A stretch of DNA of 36,082 nucleotides from contig JAVBKJ010000110.1 in the NCBI GenBank assembly GCA_031554075.1, forward strand, positions 1-36,082, given 5' to 3'. The notes beneath the pieces were generated by a model that did not search any database, was not told the origin of the DNA, and worked only from the letters and a program-made list of their open reading frames with translations. Positions 28,201 to 35,992 of the stretch are shown piece after piece. Every line of letters starts with the position of its first letter. Position 1 is the stretch's first letter. The DNA comes from Oscillospiraceae bacterium (GTDB taxonomy: Bacteria > Bacillota > Clostridia > Oscillospirales > UBA929). Position numbers and translations under genes: made by a program.

Positions 28201-28763
28201 CAAAGCGCATTCGTAGCAGCGGAAAGCCCTATCAAGATATTCTTATCTTGTCGATGACCGCCAACGTCCTGAGTACGCAAGTGGCAGAATTTATGGCGGC
28301 AGGCATGAATGGTCATGTCCCCAAACCCATTGATTTTGAGCAGCTACATACCATGCTCCTACAGTTTTTGCCGCCGCACACGTATCAAGCGCGTGCCAAT
28401 AGCGCCGACACGACCCCCACCGTAACCATAGAAGGGGTCAACACCGTAGAGGCGTTGGCGCGTTTTGGTGGCAATCTGCCGCGCTACCGCGCCGCCTTAG
28501 CCGATTTTTGTACTATGGCGACACAACTTATGCCCTTTGAGGATATGCAAACAGACTTGCAATCCGCCATCTTGCACTACCATGCCCTCATCGGGGTTTC
28601 TGGCAATTTGGGCATAACCGATGTACATGCCCTGTCCCAAACATTTGAAGCGACGTTGGTGCGTGGCGCGCCCGATGCCACTGTTTGGCATACCTTACAC
28701 GAATCATGTGCGACCGCGCGCTCTGCCATTCAAGCCGCACTTGATAAATTAGCGCAATTGTGA
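25260..28763 (+). CDS. hybrid sensor histidine kinase (TM / helical sensor, PAS x2, HisKA, HATPase_c, REC, REC, Hpt)
   Basis: H-box NHEIRTPLNAIIG; N, G1 and G2 boxes (DNAAKYT, DTGIGM, GTGLGMS). REC1 has DDDD..IIDYHL..LTAY..AKPF. REC2 has CEDN..LILMDILMP..SMTAN..PKP. The C-terminal Hpt motif is HALIGVSGNLG. Confidence 0.9.
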   Translation: MRRFSILRLLPLITSGFMILTIAFTGVAVVAVRDMREREFTTQALFTELASASEHPIEQVRGYAQFGDVAYKDAYSKEVLETKHRERVMQQLSHNMEASSELSLLLELRNLYNSLLTLDREAIAAADNYNFDAARLIVYGDEYCHTEAQAAEKLQLLQQKMTERTAKEAHEAQMLMPIAFTLLSFVTLLQLLFITMNRRRVHKRNASIKAMAAVAANIAQGHIQTPVVDYPLNDECSLLATSLTDMMQRVQAVTDDMHSLLTVTACGNLSQPIDTSKHTGVWRDLLQGYNTLLETIHYVILDNAPVAYVYLEDGFVVSCNRCATTRVGVKVGDHMSQFTVNTAQWHGAMQLLMSRRQLSDLLAQVRVRTGQIRRFRLYGVRMPHENKVAIALWGVDVEDNEQKNASLLKSETDLAQLIDALPIAMIIVDASNEEIVYANDAYAKLFSWQQTSDCIGYTENRLFAIDTSSQPRSGTFEFTYQSATQTIVVARVTARVIHWQDRECILKIVQDIGADKHRQSALQQIAEQEREANELKSRFLVNMNHEIRTPLNAIIGLSQLSLLQETVTPPKESFRKINVAARNLLTILNDILDFSKIDTQSIDLVEDDFNLEDIIASAFLVAGERIEKKRVEMLLDLKPTVPCFLYGDKTRLWQILKNLLDNAAKYTTNGHVILKVTPLHTLDDRIHISFKVSDTGIGMTDEQLERIFDPFTQFDEQGKYQNTGTGLGMSIIKQLVTLMGGSIKMRSTPDVGTDVEVIIGFQIVSTSAVVQAQQHQSFAPDTLVLVADDDDNACYIAKNLLDSIGLRVECVQEGPAVLTTCQQYQAAGTPVSLAIIDYHLGHENGLQIAKNLLATIPDIKILILTAYADELNKEIEPLSGVKDIIAKPFIPTSFIRKIHECLDMPTAVDSWTHVQFTGARVLLCEDNFINQEVAIGILEMLGITPTVCENGAEALTLLDTQPFDLILMDILMPIMDGLEATKRIRSSGKPYQDILILSMTANVLSTQVAEFMAAGMNGHVPKPIDFEQLHTMLLQFLPPHTYQARANSADTTPTVTIEGVNTVEALARFGGNLPRYRAALADFCTMATQLMPFEDMQTDLQSAILHYHALIGVSGNLGITDVHALSQTFEATLVRGAPDATVWHTLHESCATARSAIQAALDKLAQL

Positions 28764-28798
28764 TAACATTATGATATAAGATAAGAGAGGTGTTCACA

Positions 28799-29110
28799 AT
28801 GCTGCAAATTAGACCCGTATCAGATTTGAGAAACAACTTTGCCGATATTTCAAGAATTGTCCATGAAACTTCACAGCCTGTGTTTCTAACCAAGAATGGT
28901 TATGGTGATATGGTTGTCATGAGCATGGAAGCTTTTGAGCGTCATCACTTTGAAAGTGATATGTACCTAAAACTGAAAGAAGCTGAGTTGGAATCAAAGG
29001 CAACACAAAAGCGGTTTTCCCATAAAGAAGTATTTGATGAATTGCGGGCAAGCCTGACCGAAAGGGCTGATGCCCGTGAAGAATTATATTGTATTTTATA
29101 CAGTGAATGA
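28799..29110 (+). CDS. Phd/YefM-family type II antitoxin
   Basis: MLQIRPVSDLRNNFADISRIV...PVFLTKNGYGDMVVMSMEAFE is the canonical Phd/YefM N-terminal fold signature. GAGAGG lies 8 nt upstream. Confidence 0.8.
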   Translation: MLQIRPVSDLRNNFADISRIVHETSQPVFLTKNGYGDMVVMSMEAFERHHFESDMYLKLKEAELESKATQKRFSHKEVFDELRASLTERADAREELYCILYSE

Positions 29111-29180
29111 ACCGGATAAAATTGTTGAAATTCAAAGGGTCATTTATGCCAAGATGGACTTGACGAAGATAATCGGGTAA
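29070..29180 (+). pseudogene. 5'-truncated RelE/ParE-family toxin remnant (last ~35 codons only)
   Basis: In the frame overlapping the antitoxin's 3' end, the translation is MPVKNYIVFYTVNEPDKIVEIQRVIYAKMDLTKIIG. This matches the C-terminal beta-strands of ParE/RelE toxins. The frame is closed by a TGA at 29055-29057, so the N-terminal ~60 aa are absent. Confidence 0.6.
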
Positions 29181-29228
29181 TGCACACTGAGGGACTGACA
29201 ACGTTAAAATAATAGCCACATCAGCAAA

Positions 29229-29266
29229 CATCAGCCCTACCGAAAAAGGTAAGGCTGATGTTTTTT
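29229..29266 (+). terminator. intrinsic terminator after the TA remnant
   Basis: CATCAGCC..GGCTGATG outer stem with inner CTACC/GGTA pairing, followed by TTTTTT. Confidence 0.75.
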
Positions 29267-29322
29267 GTCGCTATCCTGTAACTACCCCCACTGGTTTTCG
29301 CGGCAAGCGGCGGTGGTTTTTG

Positions 29323-31833
29323 TTAGTCCACTAGCCCCAAGGTTCTGGCTTTGCTGACGGCGTCTAAATAATTGTTTACCTGTAATTTCGTGTAGATGAG
29401 CGACGTGTGGGATTTCACCGTGGTAATCTTAAGCCCTAGTGCTTGGCAAATTTGGGCGTTGGTGTGACCCTTTGCCAACAGGCTGAGTATCATTTTTTGC
29501 TGTTTGGACAGCTTCACACGTTTGGGCGTTTGGTTGCCCGCCGTGATGCCTGCGTAGTGCTTGCTTTGCTCATATGCCGCCACATACACCGCATTGACAA
29601 AGGCGGTATCGAGCGCGCTATCTTGTTCGCGTGCTAGCTTGGCGACTATTTTCTTTAGCACTGGCAGTATAGCCGCCCCTTCGTTGGCAATGACGCGGAG
29701 AAAACCAAAGGGCGCCACCGTTGTGAGGGCCGTTTCGAGTAATTGCTGTGCCTCCTCGGCTTTGCCCTCCTGCCAGCTAACAACAGCGAGTAACATGGTC
29801 GCTTCTGCTAAGTCCATCGGACGGCGAAAGTCCGTCGCCAATTGAATGAGTTTCTGAATTTCGACACGTGCTTTGTCTAGCTGTGCTAACACGATGTACG
29901 CACGTACCGTCGTAAACTGCTGAAACACGCGATACAATGCAAGCTGTGTCGTTTCAATAACAAAAAACGAGGCAAGCCACGCTTTTGCGGCAGTTACGTC
30001 ACCATGTAGCAATGTTTGCCACATAAGATACGCTTTCAGATTGGCACGTAAATAATAGGCTTTTGTTTCCTCAATAAACGCGGTTACGTTGTCAACAGCG
30101 CGTGCATATGCCTCTTGCTGTTGCAACACCGCATACGTGGCTATGAGATTCATATGCGCGCAAAAGGCAACCTCGCTAGCACTTGACGCGGTGATACAGG
30201 CAACCCCGCGCAGTGACAATGACAACGCCTCCTGCAACGCATTGCGCTCTAGGGCAAAGCAAGCGTTAAAGTTGGTTTGTATGATGTCATAGTTCCCTTT
30301 GAGTAATTTCCCAAAGCTTTTTTCAAACCGTTTCATCATGGCATCGTCGGATAAACAGCTGTAATCGCGGTTTGTTCGGTGCATAAAGGGCAGATTAGCG
30401 GTCACTGACGTGCCTTGCTGTGTGTCTACCTTGGTGGTGACAGGGGGCAAAAATCGAAATTGCTCTATCTGTTTGGCAAACGGCGTACGATGGTCAAGAC
30501 TAATAACCAATATGGCGGTTTCAAGCAATTTGGGATACTGGATGGCGATGCGCGGCAAGGCTTGGTACAGCTTATCCATGTAAAACTCCATTTTAGGGGC
30601 ATTACCAATCAGATAGTTATACCAAACATGTGTAATGTTCGTATGAGGGATATTTAGTTTTTCGGGCTGTGTGCTGTTGATAAAGTAACTTTTGCAGGAG
30701 GTAACAAAATCTTCAATAGAGGCGTATTTAGCATTATTTTGGTTTAGTAACCAAAAGACCTTTACAATTAGGCTCTTTTTCTCACTTTCATAGGCATACC
30801 GTGTCGCCAGATAGTACTCATCTTTTGCCAGATAGTATTCGGCGGCAATGGCAAATAGTTTTTTCCTATCCACCTGCGGGGTTTGACAATTGCGCAAAAA
30901 CTCTAGCAACAGATGGTGATAGTGGTACGTACCATCCGGCATGTTGCGGACAAAGGAGATTGTACGGCAGAGGGTATATAGCACCGCTTCTGCGTCTGCC
31001 CTGCCTGTGAGGGCTTGGCATAGGGCAGGGGTCACTTCTTCCACAATGGCGGTTTGCAGCAAAAAGTATTGAAGCGGCTCTTCGAGGTCGTTCCAAATCT
31101 GTTTTTGGATGTATTGGGTTAGGTTCCCGCTCGGGCCGTCTCCCAATTCTCCACTTTTTGCCACAGCTGTTATGCCAATCGCCCAGCCTTGGGTCACAGT
31201 GAGAATCTCTTGTGCGTCTTCTGCTGAAATACACTTCCCAAGGGCTTGAAAATAATCATTTATGTCGTCTAGCTGAAAACTTAGCTGGTCGGCGGTAATA
31301 TGTTGAAATCGGCTCGCCCCGAGTGTGTCCTCAAACAGTGGCGGTAAGGGGCGGCGCGACAGGACAAACAGGCTCATATTGCTAGGCAACCGTTTGATAA
31401 CATAGGGCAATGATTTCAGAATTTCCTCGCTTGTGATGAAGTGTAGGTCATCCAACACCACCGCAAACTGGCGGTCACATGGCTCAAATTCCAACAGCAG
31501 TTTCATGGTGCTGTCTACAGGATTGGCGGCAAAATAAGGACTTTTTAAGATATCTCGCATTTGGGTGTTATCGGGCTGTGCCGATACAATCCCCTTGCAC
31601 AGCAATTTGTAAAAAACAGTCGGTGCATTGTCGTATATGTCAAGCCCAATCCAAATGCTCTCGCGCTTGGCGGCAGAAAGCCACAACAGTGTTGATACTG
31701 ATTTCCCATACCCCGCTGGTGCGACTACGCTCACGTAACGACTTTGCGCCGCATTTGTCATCATTTTCATCAGTGTACGACGCGGCGCCAGTATGTCGGG
31801 CAACGCAATCGGCAAAAACTTATCACTCAACAT
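29323..31833 (-). CDS. MalT-like STAND ATPase with a C-terminal LuxR-type HTH (LuxR family transcriptional regulator)
   Basis: Walker A APAGYGKSV and Walker B VVLDDLH. The N-terminal region is collinear with E. coli MalT. A long helical-repeat middle follows. The C-terminus LSKQQKMILSLLAKGHTNAQICQALGLKITTVKSHTSLIYTKL is a GerE/LuxR HTH. I chose the start at 31833 (GAGG 6 nt upstream). The track start is 31845. Confidence 0.85.
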   Translation of the reverse strand: MLSDKFLPIALPDILAPRRTLMKMMTNAAQSRYVSVVAPAGYGKSVSTLLWLSAAKRESIWIGLDIYDNAPTVFYKLLCKGIVSAQPDNTQMRDILKSPYFAANPVDSTMKLLLEFEPCDRQFAVVLDDLHFITSEEILKSLPYVIKRLPSNMSLFVLSRRPLPPLFEDTLGASRFQHITADQLSFQLDDINDYFQALGKCISAEDAQEILTVTQGWAIGITAVAKSGELGDGPSGNLTQYIQKQIWNDLEEPLQYFLLQTAIVEEVTPALCQALTGRADAEAVLYTLCRTISFVRNMPDGTYHYHHLLLEFLRNCQTPQVDRKKLFAIAAEYYLAKDEYYLATRYAYESEKKSLIVKVFWLLNQNNAKYASIEDFVTSCKSYFINSTQPEKLNIPHTNITHVWYNYLIGNAPKMEFYMDKLYQALPRIAIQYPKLLETAILVISLDHRTPFAKQIEQFRFLPPVTTKVDTQQGTSVTANLPFMHRTNRDYSCLSDDAMMKRFEKSFGKLLKGNYDIIQTNFNACFALERNALQEALSLSLRGVACITASSASEVAFCAHMNLIATYAVLQQQEAYARAVDNVTAFIEETKAYYLRANLKAYLMWQTLLHGDVTAAKAWLASFFVIETTQLALYRVFQQFTTVRAYIVLAQLDKARVEIQKLIQLATDFRRPMDLAEATMLLAVVSWQEGKAEEAQQLLETALTTVAPFGFLRVIANEGAAILPVLKKIVAKLAREQDSALDTAFVNAVYVAAYEQSKHYAGITAGNQTPKRVKLSKQQKMILSLLAKGHTNAQICQALGLKITTVKSHTSLIYTKLQVNNYLDAVSKARTLGLVD

Positions 31834-31901
31834 GGTGAACCTCATTCACAGTATTGTAAGCTAACTATAAAATTTCCAAAACCTCATACCAGTAGGATTT
31901 T

Positions 31902-31940
31902 TATAGTAAGCGAGTTGCGATATACTAAACGGTATAGTAA
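31902..31940. repeat. three direct copies of TATAGTAA / TATACTAA in the divergent promoter region
   Basis: TATAGTAA at 31902-31909, TATACTAA at 31921-31928 and TATAGTAA at 31933-31940. They lie between the MalT-like gene and the LytTR gene. Confidence 0.35.
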
Positions 31941-32101
31941 CATACACTACCCAGAAATGCAAACATTGAGATAACTTTTATGTAAAATTCAATTTGAAAC
32001 GCATACAAACGCTCTCTAAACAAGTGTCACAGGTTGCAGTTAGACGTCACGACGCATGTTTTTGCGCAGTATACCCAAAAAAATCCTTAGGGAGGACCGA
32101 C

Positions 32102-32842
32102 ATGAATAAGACCGTGCAGATAGCCATCTGTGACACAAATGAGGACGATTTGGGGCTAATATGCTCGATATTAACAGACATAGATACACATAACTTTGAG
32201 ATAACGCGGTTTAGAACTGCCAAGTCCTTTTTGTTGGCGTGCAAACCAAACAGATTCCAACTTGTTTTTGTTGCTTGGACGTTTGACACCCCTGCCGCCC
32301 TCCAAATAGCCGCGCACTTGCGCCATAACGCCCCCACCTGCGGTTTGGTAGTAACAACACATGCGCCCATCGAGCAAATTAATAGCGAGCTGCTACATAA
32401 CGCAGATATATTGCAGTATCCCATTGTGCGTCGTGATATCATCAATGTGCTGTATCGATTAGGGTTGCAACAGCAACGTCGTATATGCACAGTGAAAATC
32501 GGTAGAGCCCGCCAAAGTATTTGTGTGGACGATTTGCAGTTTGTCGAGGTAACTGACAAACATTGCCTGTTATACATGACAGACGGGGTCTTGCTTGCCA
32601 CCCAAACACTGCAAGACATCTTTGAGCTGATCGACGCGCCGCAGTTTGTCAAATGTCATCGCAGTTATATTGTCAACTTGGATTATGTCTTGCAGTTGCA
32701 TCGAGATTTTACTATGGTATCTGGGGATACTGTCTACATAAGCCGTTTGGAATACTGGCGTGTAAAGCGCGCCTTTGCCGCCCATCAGCTTTTGAAAAAG
32801 CAACGCGCCAAGATGGCGCTGGGGCTGGAGTGCACCTCCTGA
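32102..32842 (+). CDS. LytTR-family DNA-binding protein with a degenerate (pseudo-)receiver domain
   Basis: The C-terminal LytTR domain reads VEVTDKHCLLYMTDG...FVKCHRSYIVNLDYV. The N-terminal receiver-like fold has Ala58 where the phospho-Asp is expected (LVFVAW) and Tyr106 where the conserved Lys is expected (QYP). GGGAGG precedes the ATG at 32102. The track start is 31994. Confidence 0.8.
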   Translation: MNKTVQIAICDTNEDDLGLICSILTDIDTHNFEITRFRTAKSFLLACKPNRFQLVFVAWTFDTPAALQIAAHLRHNAPTCGLVVTTHAPIEQINSELLHNADILQYPIVRRDIINVLYRLGLQQQRRICTVKIGRARQSICVDDLQFVEVTDKHCLLYMTDGVLLATQTLQDIFELIDAPQFVKCHRSYIVNLDYVLQLHRDFTMVSGDTVYISRLEYWRVKRAFAAHQLLKKQRAKMALGLECTS

Positions 32843-32861
32843 TTTGCGCCCCATCACAACA

Positions 32862-32917
32862 CAGATATACGAAAGCGGCATGGTACTGCATTGTACCATG
32901 CCGCTTTCGTATATCTG
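32862..32917. repeat. perfect 25-bp inverted repeat (6-nt loop) between convergent genes
   Basis: CAGATATACGAAAGCGGCATGGTAC (32862-32886) pairs with GTACCATGCCGCTTTCGTATATCTG (32893-32917). It abuts the Hpt gene stop codon at 32918. There is no U-tract on either strand. Confidence 0.7.
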
Positions 32918-33898
32918 CTATTCTGCCACAAAAAAGCCTTGTACTTGCCGCTTTTGCTTATTGAGAATCAATGTCATTTCCACAGATATCTCATGTCCGT
33001 TAACGTCCCAAAACGTCCACATGCAGACATGCAGGCTATCGCGTATCGCGCGATCTAAATTCATACGATGTGCTTCCTTCGATAGTTGCAATTGTGCCTG
33101 CTTCGGAGGCGCAAAATCAAAAAAATGTCCAATAAAATCCTCTTTTGCCGTTAGCCCCAACATGGTTAGGACATCTTCATTGCAATCTATCAAATTTTTT
33201 TGTGCATCCCACAAAAGATAACTCACTGGCTTATCACTAAGCTGTATCCCCGCTCGCGCCTGTTGCTCGTAGTCCTCATCGTTTTGCCCCTGCTCGCATA
33301 GCGGTAGCAATTTGTCAACAATGGCTATGCCAGCTTTGTACTCTATGGCGGATAACGCCGTGTGCAGCTGCTTTAACTGTTGGTCTATGGCTTTGGTAAA
33401 CGTAAAGTGCCGCACCTCATTCAGTAAGTCCATCGGCTGTTCCAGCTCATACAGCTCTAGCCCCTCGCGTATGGCTTGCAACTTTGCTGGCAGGCTCGTG
33501 ATATCCCCTAACACCTTTGTGTCCTGCGCCATGCCATTGAGTATGCCATCTAGCTTACGCCCTAATTCTTTCAATCGCGTCAAAAATGGGGGCAGCAGAT
33601 GTGCATAGGCTTCCCCTTTGCGCGCCGCCATCTCCATGCGCAACGCCATTTCCGCCAAGGCAAGACCGCCGACAGTGGAAAGCCCGCCTTTAATCCCATG
33701 TATATGAACCGCAAACGCATCACTCTGGTTTACGGAGTCAGACAGCTGACGACACACAGGCTCGACTTGGTTGACGAGACTGCGTAGCGCGTCCTCATAC
33801 ACTGATTGTATATTGCTCATACGCTCTAATGCCACAGGTACATTTAATTCCGTCAGCCTTGCCAGTGCTGCCAAACGTCCCTTGTCGTCCAAATTCAT
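32918..33898 (-). CDS. stand-alone Hpt domain protein with a C-terminal PAS-like domain
   Basis: The N-terminal four-helix Hpt signature is AVHIHGIKGGLSTVGG. The C-terminus YLLWDAQKNLIDCNEDVLTMLGLTAKEDFIGHFFDFAPPKQ...WTFWDVNGHEISVEMTL is PAS-like. Confidence 0.75.
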   Translation of the reverse strand: MNLDDKGRLAALARLTELNVPVALERMSNIQSVYEDALRSLVNQVEPVCRQLSDSVNQSDAFAVHIHGIKGGLSTVGGLALAEMALRMEMAARKGEAYAHLLPPFLTRLKELGRKLDGILNGMAQDTKVLGDITSLPAKLQAIREGLELYELEQPMDLLNEVRHFTFTKAIDQQLKQLHTALSAIEYKAGIAIVDKLLPLCEQGQNDEDYEQQARAGIQLSDKPVSYLLWDAQKNLIDCNEDVLTMLGLTAKEDFIGHFFDFAPPKQAQLQLSKEAHRMNLDRAIRDSLHVCMWTFWDVNGHEISVEMTLILNKQKRQVQGFFVAE

Positions 33899-34060
33899 AT
33901 CGTAACCTCCTTGGCATTTTTGTTATTCTACCATAACAAGATACATTTTGCAATTTTTGTTTTAGCGTATGTCTACCGTTGCTTTGCAGAAGACGGCGTT
34001 TACATTACTTGCATATGCACCCCCCATGTGGTACACTGTTAAACAATAGGGGGTATGCGT

Positions 34061-35944
34061 ATGTCAACCGATGAACATGAATATTTAGCCAAAACACTGG
34101 TTTGGCTTGCTACAGAAAAAGAGAATATTGACCGCCGTTTTGCCGATGGCGTCGAAGCTGGCGACGAAAATGCCGCGGAAAGTATCCGCAAAATGCTCGA
34201 GACACGTTTTCGTCAACTGCGGCTTGTGCAGCATACACCGTATTTTGCGCGCATTGATTTTACCGAAACGGACTGTCATGGTACGCGCATGTATTTGGGC
34301 AAAACAACCCTGTACGATGATAATAACGATATCGTGGTGGCCGACTGGCGTGCGCCTATGGCAACCCTGTATTACGAAAACCGCTTAGGCGCTGCCGCTT
34401 ACGACTGTCTTGACGGTCATATCGAGGGGGAACTCACCCTAAAGCGTCAATTAACCATCCAAAACGGGACACTACTGCACTACGAGGACATCGACATCAC
34501 GTCCGACGACGAACTATTGCGCCCGTATCTCTCTGTGAGTGCTGACTCACGCCTTAAAAACATTATCGCGACAATTCAAGGCGAGCAAAACCGCATTATC
34601 CGCGCTGACCTCAACCGTCCGCTCATCGTGCAGGGCGTGGCAGGTAGCGGCAAGACCACCGTCGCCCTGCACCGCATCGCTTATCTGGTGTATACGTACG
34701 CACAAAGTTTTCAGCCTGACCGTTTTATGATTTTAGCGCCCGGCGGCTTCTTTTTGCGATACATCGCCAATGTGCTGCCCGATTTAGGTGTCGAAGATGT
34801 TGTGCAAGTAAGCTTTGATGAGCTTGTTAGCCGCCATGTTAAAACAAAGTGGAAACTGGCTGACCAAAATGAACGCTTGTTTGATTGTGTCCACGCCGAG
34901 ACAGCACGGTATAAAAGCTCCCATCAGATTTTCAAGGATATTGACGCTTTCTTAGTTACCAACATTGCTCGTTTTTTTCCAAAAAAGGATTTTGTGGCAG
35001 GTGTCCTCACTGTCGCAACGCGCGACGCGCTATTTAACCGTTTTTGCAGGGAGAATACACATTTGCCGCTGTTTGAACGCTTGGCACGTATCGGCGACAT
35101 GATTACCTTAATGTCAGCGGGCATTGAAAATAGCAAAAAGTCTGTCAGTGCTTATTTGAAAACGGTGCAAAAGCCAAGTACGATGGCACTCTATCGTGAG
35201 TTTTTGCAGCAACCGATTGATAGCAAGCAAGCCTTGGAATACGAGGATTTAACACCACTGCTGTACCTGCATCACCGTGTGTATGGCGCGCGTGACCGCT
35301 TTATGCGTCATATTGTTATCGACGAAGCGCAGGATTTCTCCCCCGCGCAACTTTGGTTGCTCACTGAATTATTTCCCTCTGCGTCGTTCACAAGTTTGGG
35401 CGATTTGGCGCAGGGTATCTACCAAAACCGCAATGTCACGGATTGGGAAACGGTAAACCAACAAGTTTGGAAGGGCGAAGCGCAAATTGCCCTTCTGCAA
35501 AAAAGCTATCGTACCACCATAGAGATTATGGCAGAAGCCAATACAGTGTTGGCGCAGCTGCCTGGTATACCGCCAGGGGAAGCAGTGATTCGTCACGGCG
35601 AACCTGTGCGCTATCTCGACGCCACCGAAAATCGTGCCGCCCAATGTGAAGCGGTACTAGCAACGTTAACGGGGCATCAGAACATCGCCATCATCTGCAA
35701 AGACATTCCTGCTTGCAAGCTGCTTGCCAAGGCGTTGACCCTGCCGAAAGTACAATTGTTACTGGGCGGTTTGGTGGATTACACAGGCGGCGTCTGCATC
35801 CTACCTGCCGCGTTGTCAAAGGGCTTGGAGTTTGACGCGGTGATTATCGCCGACGCGGATTCATACGGCGACGACAAGACAAGCTTGCACTTGCTGTATG
35901 TTGCCATGACGCGCGCCATGCACGACTTAACCATCATACGCTAA
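34061..35944 (+). CDS. helD: UvrD-family helicase, HelD-like (helicase IV / RNAP-recycling ATPase type)
   Basis: HelD-type N-terminal region YFARIDF...YLGK...VADWRAPMATLYY; Walker A GVAGSGKTT; DEAQD; C-terminal KGLEFD and YVAMTRA. The ATG at 34061 has better SD spacing than 34055. Confidence 0.8.
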   Translation: MSTDEHEYLAKTLVWLATEKENIDRRFADGVEAGDENAAESIRKMLETRFRQLRLVQHTPYFARIDFTETDCHGTRMYLGKTTLYDDNNDIVVADWRAPMATLYYENRLGAAAYDCLDGHIEGELTLKRQLTIQNGTLLHYEDIDITSDDELLRPYLSVSADSRLKNIIATIQGEQNRIIRADLNRPLIVQGVAGSGKTTVALHRIAYLVYTYAQSFQPDRFMILAPGGFFLRYIANVLPDLGVEDVVQVSFDELVSRHVKTKWKLADQNERLFDCVHAETARYKSSHQIFKDIDAFLVTNIARFFPKKDFVAGVLTVATRDALFNRFCRENTHLPLFERLARIGDMITLMSAGIENSKKSVSAYLKTVQKPSTMALYREFLQQPIDSKQALEYEDLTPLLYLHHRVYGARDRFMRHIVIDEAQDFSPAQLWLLTELFPSASFTSLGDLAQGIYQNRNVTDWETVNQQVWKGEAQIALLQKSYRTTIEIMAEANTVLAQLPGIPPGEAVIRHGEPVRYLDATENRAAQCEAVLATLTGHQNIAIICKDIPACKLLAKALTLPKVQLLLGGLVDYTGGVCILPAALSKGLEFDAVIIADADSYGDDKTSLHLLYVAMTRAMHDLTIIR

Positions 35945-35952
35945 CGAATGCC

Positions 35953-35992
35953 ACACCGCGACAATGGGTTCATTGTCGCGGTGTATTTATTT
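35953..35992 (+). terminator. intrinsic terminator after helD
   Basis: ACACCGCGACAATG pairs with CATTGTCGCGGTGT (14 bp, GGTT loop), followed by ATTTATTT. Confidence 0.8.

Noticed and set aside
32047-32652. 201-aa minus-strand ORF inside the LytTR gene
   Set aside because: It is an antisense shadow ORF with a Cys/Ser-rich junk translation.
32570-33221. ORFs 32570-32899 (minus) and 32844-33221 (plus), both containing MPLSYI
   Set aside because: They are mirror-image artefacts produced by translating the two arms of the 25-bp inverted repeat.
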